Shown piece by piece: positions 1-9,204 of a DNA stretch of 54,120 nt. The stretch spans positions 1 to 54,120 of IMG/VR virus record IMGVR_UViG_3300009788_000118. One strand, 5' to 3'. How positions within the stretch are numbered: the stretch's first letter is position 1; the number at the start of each line of letters is the position of its first letter. Position numbers and translations under genes: made by a program. This DNA comes from a virus (taxonomy: Duplodnaviria > Caudoviricetes). The notes beneath the pieces are model-generated. The model was not told the origin of the DNA. It was given only the letters and a program-made list of their open reading frames with translations, and did not search any database.

Positions 1-71
1 AGATTATAACGCAACTCAACAACCTCTCTATTGATGTGAGTGAAAGGCGTTCCTAGGTATTCTATGTCCAT
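1..71 (-). CDS. Partial (runs off window) DUF1937/nucleoside deoxyribosyltransferase-like protein
   Basis: ATG at 71 reads MDIEYLGTPFTHINREVVELRYN, resembling the YLxxPYSH N-terminus of this family. Confidence 0.4.
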   Translation of the reverse strand, partial: MDIEYLGTPFTHINREVVELRYN

Positions 72-290
72 TCAACCCTCCCTTTTTATAAATATCTTTT
101 TTATTTCCGATAAATTTATTTCTTTAAATATTTTCATTCTCCAATAAGATCCTACAGTTACGATATCCTCAAACCTTTGCCCACGGAGATGTCTTATTTC
201 TTGAATATGCCTATGATTTCTTGAGTCAAGTTTTTTACTTCTAAGATAGTCTCGATAATGTTTTTGTGTTTCTGCTATAACTCCGATCAT
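72..290 (-). CDS. Hypothetical protein
   Basis: ATGA overlap with polymerase stop. Confidence 0.6.
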   Translation of the reverse strand: MIGVIAETQKHYRDYLRSKKLDSRNHRHIQEIRHLRGQRFEDIVTVGSYWRMKIFKEINLSEIKKIFIKREG

Positions 291-2641
291 ATATCAATTA
301 CCTCCATTTCATCCCAATTCGGCCCTACTGATATCTCAACTGGAAGTGTATGAGTCTCGTCCCAGATTTTAAAAGGTATATCATAGGCCTCTTTTAATGC
401 GTGAGCAGCATTCATCACTTCAGGTTCTGGAACAGATAAAACTAGACCATCATGTAACTCCAAGAATACTGTGTAATGTTTATCAATCTCTTTCATCGCC
501 TTTTTGTTGATATCAGATGACGTACTCTGTGGAAGAAAGGCGTATCCTTTTCTATAGGTATCATCATCTTTTCTTCCAATAAAAACTTCTCGACGACCAA
601 AGGGATTATATAACATCCGACTTTTATTGATCTCTCGTTGAACATAAGTATGAAAGATAGCATGTACGCCTGGATAGGTTGCATGATATGTTGCGATATG
701 TGATTTTGCATCTGAGAAAGGGATGTTTGCCATACGAGCAAATTTCCATGGGCCAATTCCATAATTTCCGCCAAAGATGAGCGACTTAGCAATGGTGTAA
801 AGAGGATCATCTTTTGTCAATTCGATACCAAATACATTGAGTCCATTTTGGATATGAATCGAAACACCAGAATCAAAAAGAGCTATCATAGCGTTATCTT
901 GTGACCACCATCCACAAAGACGAGCTTCGGCTTGGGATTGATCTGCTCCAAGGAGAACTTGTTTTGGGCTCATGTTAGGTTCAGCGATGAAGAATCTTCT
1001 TTGGAGGCCAGTTTTTACATTTTGAAGATTCATCCCACCTTTACCAAATGCTTTTCGAGACTTAAATCGTCCAGTTTCTGCTCTGGGGGAATATTCTGTT
1101 AGAATACGACCATCGACAACATTTTCATCACTAAACAACCCAAGCTCTTTTCTAGCTGATCGAATATCAATGATCCATTTAGGTACATCTGTTTGATATT
1201 TATATGCCAACTTCTCTAAAGTTTTCTTTGCAGTAGCTTCTCCTTTGTATCTATCCATGCTCATACGATCATAAAGAAGAAAGCTTACTTGTTTAGGAGA
1301 ATTGATGTTTATTTTATCCATATTCTCCTTCAGTCGTTTTGATCCACCTGGAGCAAGAAGATGGTCGACATCTATCTCATATCCAGTTTCGTCTGTGATG
1401 TTTTGGGAATAGTCTCTGAGAAGCTGTTGACGTTCTTTGCGGACATCGGCTAGAAGTGGAACATCAACCGGAACTCCACGCATATTCATTTTAAAGATGA
1501 CTGGAATAATCTCTGCATAAAGATCAATATAGACATCCATCATCTTTTCTTCAATGAGCTCTTTACGAAGTTCGTCTATCGCCCAGTGAGGTGCGATACA
1601 ATCAAAACAGTTATATGTCCAATGATTCTTTTCACCTCCTGGCCTTAAGGAAGATCCTTTTTCTTCCTTTTCATCCTTTTTATAGAATTCAAGGTTTGTG
1701 TAGATGCTTGTGATATCATCGAGTTTGTGAGGCATTTCACTGTAGAGGCAGTGATGCATAAGCATTGGGTCCCATGTAGGCATTTTGAGATGGAGGCCAT
1801 GTTCAGCTAGAATCCTCCAGTCAAATAATACATTCTGATTTGCCATGTCCAACTCAGGAAGAACTTGAGACATTCTGCGCCATATAAATGCTTCTTGCTC
1901 AAGGCTCCAGTAGTTTGATCTATCTCCATTATAGAGTGGGATAGAGATAGCCTCGCGACGATTCCATGCGATTCCAATAGCTGATAACACATTCTGAGGG
2001 GTTTCGACATCAATAGTGTAGTATTCTGATGGATTGGTCTCTAAAAAGTCTAGAATCTCCATCACCTTGTCGAAATCAGGTTTAATGATAAAATCCCATG
2101 TTGGAAACTCAAACTCAAAATTTTTGTCTGCAATAGTTTTGATCTTAATAAGATCAGCGACAATGAGAATCCATACTTTGTAGTTATAATGAAGATTTGA
2201 CGGGTGTAATGTTGGAATGACAATGCAGTCATGTTTGATAGCGTTTTTAGGCTGTAGAGGCGATCCTCTAAAATGCGTGATGGACTTCTTATCCGTAAGT
2301 GCACGAAGTGCATAAGCCCCCATAGGAACAAGAATTTTGGGATCTGGAAGTGCATTGATTCTTGCGATGAGATCACTCTCCCAATACTTAATTTCTTCAT
2401 ATGACATCCTTTCAATCTTATCTCCAGGAGCACGGACCTCTGAGAGATTTTCAAGACGAACCTCTTCTCGGATAATGGCTGCAAGATTGAATAATTTATC
2501 TAAATATTGACCTGCTGATCCGACAAAGGGCTTCATTTCAAAAAGCTCATTTTTTGCAGGAGCTTCGCCAATAAAGACGAGTTCTGCATCTGCAGGTCCT
2601 GCAGCAGGAACTTTTACTTTACCTTCTAAGAATTGGTTCAT
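287..2641 (-). CDS. polA: Family A DNA polymerase with N-terminal uracil-DNA glycosylase-like and 3'-5' exonuclease domains (SPO1-type architecture)
   Basis: UDG motifs FIGEAP and TLHPS; exonuclease DVET, NQNVLFD, YNCFD; polymerase TGRFKS, NLQNV, GADQSQAEAR (A), KSLIFGGNYG (B), LHDGLV (C). Confidence 0.93.
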   Translation of the reverse strand: MNQFLEGKVKVPAAGPADAELVFIGEAPAKNELFEMKPFVGSAGQYLDKLFNLAAIIREEVRLENLSEVRAPGDKIERMSYEEIKYWESDLIARINALPDPKILVPMGAYALRALTDKKSITHFRGSPLQPKNAIKHDCIVIPTLHPSNLHYNYKVWILIVADLIKIKTIADKNFEFEFPTWDFIIKPDFDKVMEILDFLETNPSEYYTIDVETPQNVLSAIGIAWNRREAISIPLYNGDRSNYWSLEQEAFIWRRMSQVLPELDMANQNVLFDWRILAEHGLHLKMPTWDPMLMHHCLYSEMPHKLDDITSIYTNLEFYKKDEKEEKGSSLRPGGEKNHWTYNCFDCIAPHWAIDELRKELIEEKMMDVYIDLYAEIIPVIFKMNMRGVPVDVPLLADVRKERQQLLRDYSQNITDETGYEIDVDHLLAPGGSKRLKENMDKININSPKQVSFLLYDRMSMDRYKGEATAKKTLEKLAYKYQTDVPKWIIDIRSARKELGLFSDENVVDGRILTEYSPRAETGRFKSRKAFGKGGMNLQNVKTGLQRRFFIAEPNMSPKQVLLGADQSQAEARLCGWWSQDNAMIALFDSGVSIHIQNGLNVFGIELTKDDPLYTIAKSLIFGGNYGIGPWKFARMANIPFSDAKSHIATYHATYPGVHAIFHTYVQREINKSRMLYNPFGRREVFIGRKDDDTYRKGYAFLPQSTSSDINKKAMKEIDKHYTVFLELHDGLVLSVPEPEVMNAAHALKEAYDIPFKIWDETHTLPVEISVGPNWDEMEVIDI

Positions 2642-2832
2642 TCCTTAATTTCCTTTTCTAATCGGTTGATTAAACTAGATTTCCATTTATTGAGATTACC
2701 AAGAATTATGTTTAGATGCGTAGTATCTTCTAGATTATCAGGAGTATATGTATCTAATATTCCTCTTATATCAGATACTTTCGTTTTAAGTGATGCAAGT
2801 CTGAAAATTTTTGATAGTTTATTCGGCTCCAT
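2638..2832 (-). CDS. Hypothetical protein
   Basis: ATG at 2832 preceded by GGGAGGG RBS; stop overlaps polymerase start. Confidence 0.55.
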   Translation of the reverse strand: MEPNKLSKIFRLASLKTKVSDIRGILDTYTPDNLEDTTHLNIILGNLNKWKSSLINRLEKEIKE

Positions 2833-3046
2833 CTGTTTTAAGTCCCTCCCAGACTTTCTTATCAATAGAACCAATCTCATTTTTAAGGTTTCCAGCAAGC
2901 CATTTATCGATTTCCTCTTTGCTGAATCTCCAAGATCGTCCAATACGAATAGACGGAATTACTCCATCAGCGGCATATCGCTGAATGGTGACCTCATGAA
3001 GTCTTAGATATGCTGCTAGTTCCTTTGTCGTCATTATTTCTGGCAT
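2819..3046 (-). CDS. Excisionase-like HTH_17 DNA-binding protein
   Basis: MTTKELAAYLRLHEVTIQRYAADGVIPSIRIGRSWRF winged-HTH signature; GGAGG RBS. Confidence 0.85.
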   Translation of the reverse strand: MPEIMTTKELAAYLRLHEVTIQRYAADGVIPSIRIGRSWRFSKEEIDKWLAGNLKNEIGSIDKKVWEGLKTDGAE

Positions 3047-3073
3047 TGTTTTTCCTCCATTCTTCAAGAATTT

Positions 3074-3604
3074 TCATAAAAGGCTCATCGCATAACAACA
3101 ATATCGAATTTGATAATAACAGTCATCGAGAGCGGTATGAGCAATATTATCTGGACTTCGTGGATTTTCTTCTTTCCATTTATCGAGATCCATTCTTGAA
3201 AGACTGATAAGTGTTCTAATATCTCTCATGATTCGATAAGATGTATTAAATCTTGAAAAAAGTTTTTTAAAATGATTCATTATAATAACTCCATCGAACA
3301 TTGCATGAGACCAAATGCTTTCCGCTGACATTAGAAATTGATCAAGATTCATCCATGCCTCAGCAGACTTAACTAAAGGATCTCCAAAAATGAATTTTCT
3401 TGCTTCCTCTGATTGATTCATCCACCATTGAATGGTTGATGCATCAACTCCAAATCCACTTGTCATTTCAGTTGATAGATCGATATTAATTGAAAGATCT
3501 TTGCTCGTCCTTCCCGTAAAATCGAAGTAGACTGCTCCGATTTGAATGACAGCTGCGTTATTTGATGTGCTCATTGTTTCCAGATCAAGCATTACGTTTT
3601 TCAC
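3074..3604 (-). CDS. DEDDh 3'-5' exonuclease (exonuclease VIII/DUF5051-like)
   Basis: MLDLETMST, TIQWWMNQ, FDGVI, RDIRT, HTALDDCYYQ. Confidence 0.85.
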   Translation of the reverse strand: MKNVMLDLETMSTSNNAAVIQIGAVYFDFTGRTSKDLSINIDLSTEMTSGFGVDASTIQWWMNQSEEARKFIFGDPLVKSAEAWMNLDQFLMSAESIWSHAMFDGVIIMNHFKKLFSRFNTSYRIMRDIRTLISLSRMDLDKWKEENPRSPDNIAHTALDDCYYQIRYCCYAMSLL

Positions 3605-5013
3605 TCTTCGCTCTCCTCTCCTTCTTCACCATCCTCTGCCATTAATCCCGAAATCCTTGCAAGCCCTTTTTCATACGCCTCTTTATTGTTATCAATAGCA
3701 ATTGATCTCCTGCCCGACAATGTTGCAGCAACTGTGGTAACGAATGAGCCGGCACAGGGATCAAGTACAATTTGATTAGGTTGAGTGGATACTTTGATCA
3801 AGCGCTCGATCAACTCAATCGGCTTTTCTTGGGTGTGATATCTCTCAGTAGTAAGTGGGCGGTTGATGTTGAATACATTTGACGTGGGTTCATTAAGCGG
3901 ACGAACTCGTTCTCTGGAGCAGAAAAGAATTGTTTCATATCGTGGCATAAACTTATTCTCGAAATCTGTGAATCCTCCACCTTCCTTGACCCAGATTAAG
4001 GGAATCTCTTCGACATGAAACTTCCACGTAAGAGTCTCAACATGCGCTTGAATTTTGGCTAGAAGATTATCATAGTGGAGACTGAGATTAGGAAAATTAA
4101 CAGCCATGATCTCACACATTTCGATAGATTTTTGGAACCCTGAAAGAAGATCGATATAAAAATCTTTATACTGCATCCCAATAAACATATATAAATGAGC
4201 ATCCTCTTTCATAACTCGATGAAGTTCTGGGAGAAGGTTCATGGTGAGTTTGATTGCAGACTCTTCAGTATCGTCTTTATAGGATGTTTTCTCTCCACGA
4301 GGACCGCGAGAGGATGCAATACGATGAACATCTATTCCCCAAGGAGGATCAAATATAACAAGATCAATTGTGTCATTGTCGATTCTCTTTGAGACGATGT
4401 CTATAGCATCTCCATGATATAAAAGATAAGGAATCGAGACCATTTGATCTTTCTCTGCTTCTCGCCTAGCAAGCTCAGTTAAAATAGCAGTCTCGTTTAC
4501 TTTATCTAAAACTTTTAATGCTTGGCGACGTGATGCCATATCTTTCAATCCTGGCAGAATTTCCATAGCATGTACAAGAGCCGTATCTTGAGAAATTGTA
4601 GCTGCAGATACATTCAAAAGCTCTGCAGATTTCTCAACACCCCATCCCTCAGATTTATGACCCTTTACGGCCTCACCATGAATTTTCTGATATAAGTTAT
4701 GGATTTCGGTACGAAGCTTTGCTTTTTCATCCCATGTGAGTTCTTTGTGGATGTTTTCCTCAAGCTCATAAAGTTTTTTCTCCATTCCGGTAAGATCTTC
4801 CTTGAATTTGCATTCAATAATACCAAGGTTGAGATCTATATGACATGATAGCCTACGAAATCCTGCGACAAGAGTCATATCTTTCTTATTTACGAGAATA
4901 GGATGAATTAATCCTCGTTTATCAATGCTCTCCTTGAGTTGTTCGTAGTCATCTCCTAATTCCATCCGAGCTCGAGAAGTAATTATGACTTCTTCAACCT
5001 TGATTTTTGGCAT
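3601..5013 (-). CDS. ParB-like domain fused to N4/N6 DNA methyltransferase
   Basis: N-terminal GLIHPILV, LVAGFRRL, ELEENIHK plus HTH; C-terminal FDPPW, HTQEKP, VLDPCAGS. Confidence 0.88.
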   Translation of the reverse strand: MPKIKVEEVIITSRARMELGDDYEQLKESIDKRGLIHPILVNKKDMTLVAGFRRLSCHIDLNLGIIECKFKEDLTGMEKKLYELEENIHKELTWDEKAKLRTEIHNLYQKIHGEAVKGHKSEGWGVEKSAELLNVSAATISQDTALVHAMEILPGLKDMASRRQALKVLDKVNETAILTELARREAEKDQMVSIPYLLYHGDAIDIVSKRIDNDTIDLVIFDPPWGIDVHRIASSRGPRGEKTSYKDDTEESAIKLTMNLLPELHRVMKEDAHLYMFIGMQYKDFYIDLLSGFQKSIEMCEIMAVNFPNLSLHYDNLLAKIQAHVETLTWKFHVEEIPLIWVKEGGGFTDFENKFMPRYETILFCSRERVRPLNEPTSNVFNINRPLTTERYHTQEKPIELIERLIKVSTQPNQIVLDPCAGSFVTTVAATLSGRRSIAIDNNKEAYEKGLARISGLMAEDGEEGEESEE

Positions 5014-5280
5014 CTAATCCTCCTTAATTTTTAATGCGTTTCGAACAGCATTTAAAACATATTCATCCATATGAAAAACCATTTCAATAGCGTCATACCA
5101 ATCTGTTCCTCTAACTGAATCCATTAAGATAACTAAATCTTTAGGAATCGGTCGAGTGTTATGTTCGACTTTTGAGAGATAGGATATAGAACATCCAATA
5201 CGATCTGCAACGTTTTGGAGGGTCCATCCTTGACCGATTCGTGCAAGACGAACTCGATTGCCATCGCTTAAGATTATCAT
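5014..5280 (-). CDS. XRE-family HTH regulator
   Basis: RLARIGQGWTLQNVADRIGCSISYLSKVE. Confidence 0.85.
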   Translation of the reverse strand: MIILSDGNRVRLARIGQGWTLQNVADRIGCSISYLSKVEHNTRPIPKDLVILMDSVRGTDWYDAIEMVFHMDEYVLNAVRNALKIKED

Positions 5281-5447
5281 TTTAGATCCTTGTGAGGTAT
5301 TTCTTTAAATCCCTTTTTTAGTTTTTTATATCCTTTTAGAGTTGTGATGTATGTATCTGGTATTAACTTATCTTTCTTTCCTATTATCTTCATTGCTGTC
5401 TTGATGTTTACTATAGGATCACTTTCTTGCTCTTTCCAATCGGTCAT
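5277..5447 (-). CDS. Small hypothetical protein (56 aa; not in ORF track)
   Basis: Open frame MTDWKEQESDP...; stop overlaps XRE start (ATGA). Confidence 0.45.
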   Translation of the reverse strand: MTDWKEQESDPIVNIKTAMKIIGKKDKLIPDTYITTLKGYKKLKKGFKEIPHKDLK

Positions 5448-5576
5448 TTTAATCCCTTATTATTCTTGCATAAACCTCAACAAATATTTCTTTTGTCCAA
5501 TTATTGATAGGCCATTTATGCATCGGAGAGCTTGTATCTAGATACTCAAGTTGCCATAAAAACCATTCATAAAACA

Positions 5577-6140
5577 TTATTTTAGCTCCGCCTTTAAAAG
5601 AAGATACAAATCCCTTGTTGCGATAATATCTGAGATCGCTTTATGAGCCTCTATTTCAATCTCGTAATGTTTACATACAGTCTCTAACTGATAATTCGGA
5701 AGTCGAAGACCTTTGGCTACCATCTCTGCAACAAGATTTTGGGCATCAATCGATGGCCAGAAAAACCAGCTTCCGAAATAGTTATCATTTTCCTTGAGGA
5801 AGGCTGCTCGAAGAAAATTGATATCAAAAGGGGTATTATAACCAGCCAGAACTAGTTTGTCATCTCGATCATATTTATTAACAAATCTTTTGAGAAACCA
5901 TCTTAATCTGTTTAAGGATTCCCTAGGTGGAGGAAACTTCATAATCTCTTCTATTGTGAGGTTATTTTTCTCAAGGGCATCTCCTGCGACTTTAGCATTT
6001 TCATATGGTCGAAATTTTAGATCGATCTGATCTACAATTTGATCATTCATTTCGACAACCCCTCCAAGGGTTAGTAGTGCATGTTCTTTCGGGTCAATTC
6101 CTGATGTTTCAACATCGAACCAAAAAATTTTGCCTTTCAT
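5577..6140 (-). CDS. DnaQ-like (Pol III epsilon-type) 3'-5' exonuclease
   Basis: FDVETSG, AGYNTPFD, AHKAISDI DEDDh motifs. Confidence 0.88.
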   Translation of the reverse strand: MKGKIFWFDVETSGIDPKEHALLTLGGVVEMNDQIVDQIDLKFRPYENAKVAGDALEKNNLTIEEIMKFPPPRESLNRLRWFLKRFVNKYDRDDKLVLAGYNTPFDINFLRAAFLKENDNYFGSWFFWPSIDAQNLVAEMVAKGLRLPNYQLETVCKHYEIEIEAHKAISDIIATRDLYLLLKAELK

Positions 6141-6352
6141 GTTGTCCTCCAATGTTTCCATAAACCATAAGCATGATTACCTGTAAACCATAAACTCACT
6201 AAAAACATTCCCCATTGACTTGATGTATATGTTGCATAAATCCAAAAAGGTTGACCACAGATGCCTATAAGGAACCCAAAACGGTATCTTTTAGTGGCTA
6301 GAGACCAGATGGATATACATGAAAAAAGAACTATTGCGATTTGAGTAATCAT
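6137..6352 (-). CDS. Small membrane protein (PnuC-repeat-like)
   Basis: Three hydrophobic segments; GQPFWIY...QWGMF motif. Confidence 0.6.
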   Translation of the reverse strand: MITQIAIVLFSCISIWSLATKRYRFGFLIGICGQPFWIYATYTSSQWGMFLVSLWFTGNHAYGLWKHWRTT

Positions 6353-6372
6353 CTATGTTCCTTTCATAAGTG

Positions 6373-6513
6373 TGCTGCGAGGCAGGATTTAAACCTGCAC
6401 CACATCACTGTGGCTCGGGATTTTCTCCCAAGGTGTCTCCAATGGCAATCTGGCCGCAACGTCTTCCCTGCACTCCAGTGTATCCGTCGTTTGCCATTTC
6501 CACCACTCGCAGC
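6373..6513 (-). ncRNA. tRNA-like RNA (class II-like) with 8-bp acceptor stem and anticodon arm replaced by a ~70-nt insert
   Basis: GCTGCGAG/CTCGCAGC-A acceptor; TG-GTGGAAATGGCAAAC D arm; GCCACA-GTGA-TGTGGT variable arm; GCAGG-TTTAAAT-CCTGC T arm. Confidence 0.65.
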
Positions 6514-6521
6514 ATAAATAT

Positions 6522-6752
6522 TTATTTTCTGCTTCTTAGATATCTTTTTACAGTGAAATATAGTTTATCTTGTACAGTGTAATGCTCAAGCATGTTAGCA
6601 CGTATAAAAATGCATTGCCATCCATGTATAGGTACTTGAACTTGCAGCGCTTGCCAGGGACCTTTGCCTGGACGATAAGCGATGTCTTTTGAATCGAGAT
6701 ACTCCTTGAAGTCATTAAGTTTAGATTTATGTAACAAATTTCGATGAGCCAT
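6522..6752 (-). CDS. Hypothetical protein
   Basis: ORF in co-oriented gene run. Confidence 0.6.
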   Translation of the reverse strand: MAHRNLLHKSKLNDFKEYLDSKDIAYRPGKGPWQALQVQVPIHGWQCIFIRANMLEHYTVQDKLYFTVKRYLRSRK

Positions 6753-6756
6753 TGTT

Positions 6757-6948
6757 TCAATCTTCTATGAATTTCAGGCTGTCATGACCCACTTCGATGA
6801 CTTCTCCGTCTTCCTTTTCTACAGATGCAGCTATCATTGATCCGCCTTCATCGGCGACTGTACCGATGTGCAAAACTGTTACGGTTTCAATAGGTGCACC
6901 GACTTTTTTATAATCTTTGTATAAATGTGCTTTTCTATCTATTGTCAT
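6757..6948 (-). CDS. Hypothetical protein
   Basis: GAGGAG RBS before ATG 6948. Confidence 0.6.
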   Translation of the reverse strand: MTIDRKAHLYKDYKKVGAPIETVTVLHIGTVADEGGSMIAASVEKEDGEVIEVGHDSLKFIED

Positions 6949-7117
6949 GTCTATCTCCTCACATCTCAAAAATAGTTTCTTCCTTATCTTTTGCTCCTTG
7001 TGTATAGCCCATTGTATAAATCTCCCGAAAAAGATCTTTACCAATGATAACCTCTTCTCGTAAGATTCTGAAAACTTTGTCCATCTCTTCTTCCGTTTTT
7101 GGATAAATAAAACTATT

Positions 7118-7149
7118 GTTCATATTTTTACCCCGCTAAAATTATAAAG
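7118..7149. repeat. 13-6-13 palindromic site, copy 1
   Basis: GTTCATATTTTTA-CCCCGC-TAAAATTATAAAG. Confidence 0.55.
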
Positions 7150-7334
7150 ATTAATCACCTTCATAGCTTTCCTATTTGTTTATTAAGCTCAATCATTATT
7201 GAAATTATTCTTTTGTCAATCTCCATACAAACAGAATAAACATCTCGGACATCATTACCACTATCACCACGCTCAGCAGCTTCTTCGGCGATTAGTATAA
7301 CTATTTTATCTATTCTATTCATTCGACATCTCCA

Positions 7335-7580
7335 TCAAAAAGGCTTGCCACAGGTTTTACAACAAGATTCTTTAACTCCGATTCTTTTAACTCCTGCACC
7401 AAGATTTTCCACTTTGGGAATCAATCCGGCGTCTGCCATGCTTGCGATTAACCATTGGGCTCCAGGATTAAAACTAACAACTTCGGGTGGAAAGGAGATG
7501 GGATCAATTAGATTTGTAGCTCTTCCAAGCTGCTCTCTCATCCTTTCTGCCCACCTTGGATTTATCCTCATTCTAGCCAT
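7335..7580 (-). CDS. Hypothetical protein with C-terminal CxxC
   Basis: AAGGAG RBS; CCKTCGKPF. Confidence 0.65.
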   Translation of the reverse strand: MARMRINPRWAERMREQLGRATNLIDPISFPPEVVSFNPGAQWLIASMADAGLIPKVENLGAGVKRIGVKESCCKTCGKPF

Positions 7581-7591
7581 TAAATCTCCTT

Positions 7592-7780
7592 AATGTGAGA
7601 AGCTCTATCTTAACACGGACTTCCACCGCTCATGTTGAAAGATCTTTGGACATTTCTGATCCTTCTCAAGTGATGAGCTCCTCACAAATAAGTGGCAGAA
7701 AAGCGAGCCAAGGGATACTCTCCTACCGAGCCAAATTGCCCGCGCTTGTATCCAGGGATAGCGTTGCCTGCTCGCTAATC
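7592..7780 (-). ncRNA. Candidate structured intergenic RNA/leader
   Basis: 12-bp (7594-7605/7675-7686) and 10-bp (7694-7703/7718-7727) helices with G-U pairs on the minus strand. Confidence 0.4.
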
Positions 7781-7791
7781 TTACCACTCGA

Positions 7792-8190
7792 TTAATCTTC
7801 GCTTCCCTCGCCTTCTTCAGACTCATTCACCGAAAAATAATTGATGATGTTATTTCGATCCCGACCATCATATTTTCGGACCTCATTCTCGACAATGATC
7901 TGAAGACCGAAGACATCTTCCATTTCGAATCCATCCTCATCCCAATCGACGCCAATCTTTTCCAGCATATCCTTGAGGTTCCAGAGGGCCTGCTCTTGTA
8001 AGGATGTGTTCCAAGAGACCATCTTGTCCTCAAATTCTCCTTCCAGAATTTTACCGATCCATAGAATATATGGCCCGTTCTCAGATTTCTTGGTCTTGCT
8101 GGACTCCTGGATTTCTACGATGTACTTGTCATCAGGATATATCTCAAATCCTGATTCTACTTCATCCAACTTTACATTGATTCTTGGCAT
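7792..8190 (-). CDS. DUF669-like single-stranded DNA-binding protein
   Basis: GFEIYPDDKYIVEI, SENGPY, YDGRDRNNI, acidic C-terminal tail; near AAA_24 and nuclease genes. Confidence 0.75.
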   Translation of the reverse strand: MPRINVKLDEVESGFEIYPDDKYIVEIQESSKTKKSENGPYILWIGKILEGEFEDKMVSWNTSLQEQALWNLKDMLEKIGVDWDEDGFEMEDVFGLQIIVENEVRKYDGRDRNNIINYFSVNESEEGEGSED

Positions 8191-8259
8191 AACATTTTCC
8201 TCCTGCGTTATGGATTAAGGGTTAATAAGATCTAATTTCACCTCCTTTCTTATACCTCC

Positions 8260-8685
8260 TTAATAAACTAGATGTATAAAAGTTAATCCGTTTTGAGGAT
8301 AAGCTCCAAGTGGAATCAAAAAGCGAGTATTTGATATCATCTGTTCTCGCTGAAGGTTTGAAACTTGATAAATTCCTAACTGCTCATCTTCTATTTGCCT
8401 ATATCGATAGATGTTCTGACTGTGAGCATAAAAAATATGGCATTCAAAAGACTTCATATCATTATTGGTGCCATTCATGATACCCTTATAGATCCATGTT
8501 ATCTGAGTAATCCCTGTTTCTTCTTTGCATTCTCGTTTCATGGCATCTAAAGGAGGTTCTCCTTTTTCTATATGACCACCGATACCATTGAGAAGCCCTC
8601 TCATCCATCTTGGGCGTAACTTTTTTACGAGTAAAATCTCTCCTGCATCTTTGTTAAAAGCAAATCCTACTACGTATCTCTCCAT
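8260..8685 (-). CDS. NUDIX hydrolase
   Basis: Nudix box GGHIEKGEPPLDAMKRECKEETG. Confidence 0.9.
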   Translation of the reverse strand: MERYVVGFAFNKDAGEILLVKKLRPRWMRGLLNGIGGHIEKGEPPLDAMKRECKEETGITQITWIYKGIMNGTNNDMKSFECHIFYAHSQNIYRYRQIEDEQLGIYQVSNLQREQMISNTRFLIPLGAYPQNGLTFIHLVY

Positions 8686-8964
8686 GAATTACCTCTCAAC
8701 TGTTTCATAAAACTTATAATCGTTAACTTTTTTATCCCAAGGCGTTCAATAACAACATCTATATTTAAATGCTCAACCTCAAGAAGATAAATGATACGAC
8801 TTTTCTGATAGTCTGTTAATGGGATTCCTTTTGGCATTTGTTATCTACTCCTATAAGGCAGTCGCAAGTATGTACAAACTCAAGATTATCCTCATCCCAA
8901 TAAACTGCGCTTCCACAATCTGGACAGAATCCAGTTAACTCTTTATTAAACTCAACATTTGGCA

Positions 8965-9204
8965 TTATTTGATATCCTCCAAATAATTAGGCTCCATGAG
9001 AGTCTCTTCAGTAATGTCACATTTTCGATACCCCATATAACGATAAAGAGGTATATCCCAAGGGCCACGAACTTTTATATAAATGTTTGTAACATCTCCT
9101 AAATCAACCTCACAGTAGGGTGCGCCCTTTTCAACTTCTATTATGTTACCATCAAGTTTCTTTGGACCTCCCTCCAGCTTCACTTTCTCGAAGATCTTTT
9201 TCAT
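8965..9204 (-). CDS. Hypothetical protein
   Basis: AGGAGG RBS before ATG 9204; LEGGP-LDG motif. Confidence 0.6.
   Translation of the reverse strand: MKKIFEKVKLEGGPKKLDGNIIEVEKGAPYCEVDLGDVTNIYIKVRGPWDIPLYRYMGYRKCDITEETLMEPNYLEDIK

Noticed and set aside
6373-6513. tRNA-like RNA as a UGA suppressor or tRNA-Sec for the TGA at 37701
   Set aside because: No TCA anticodon in the insert; discriminator is A, not G; no convincing SECIS hairpin after 37703
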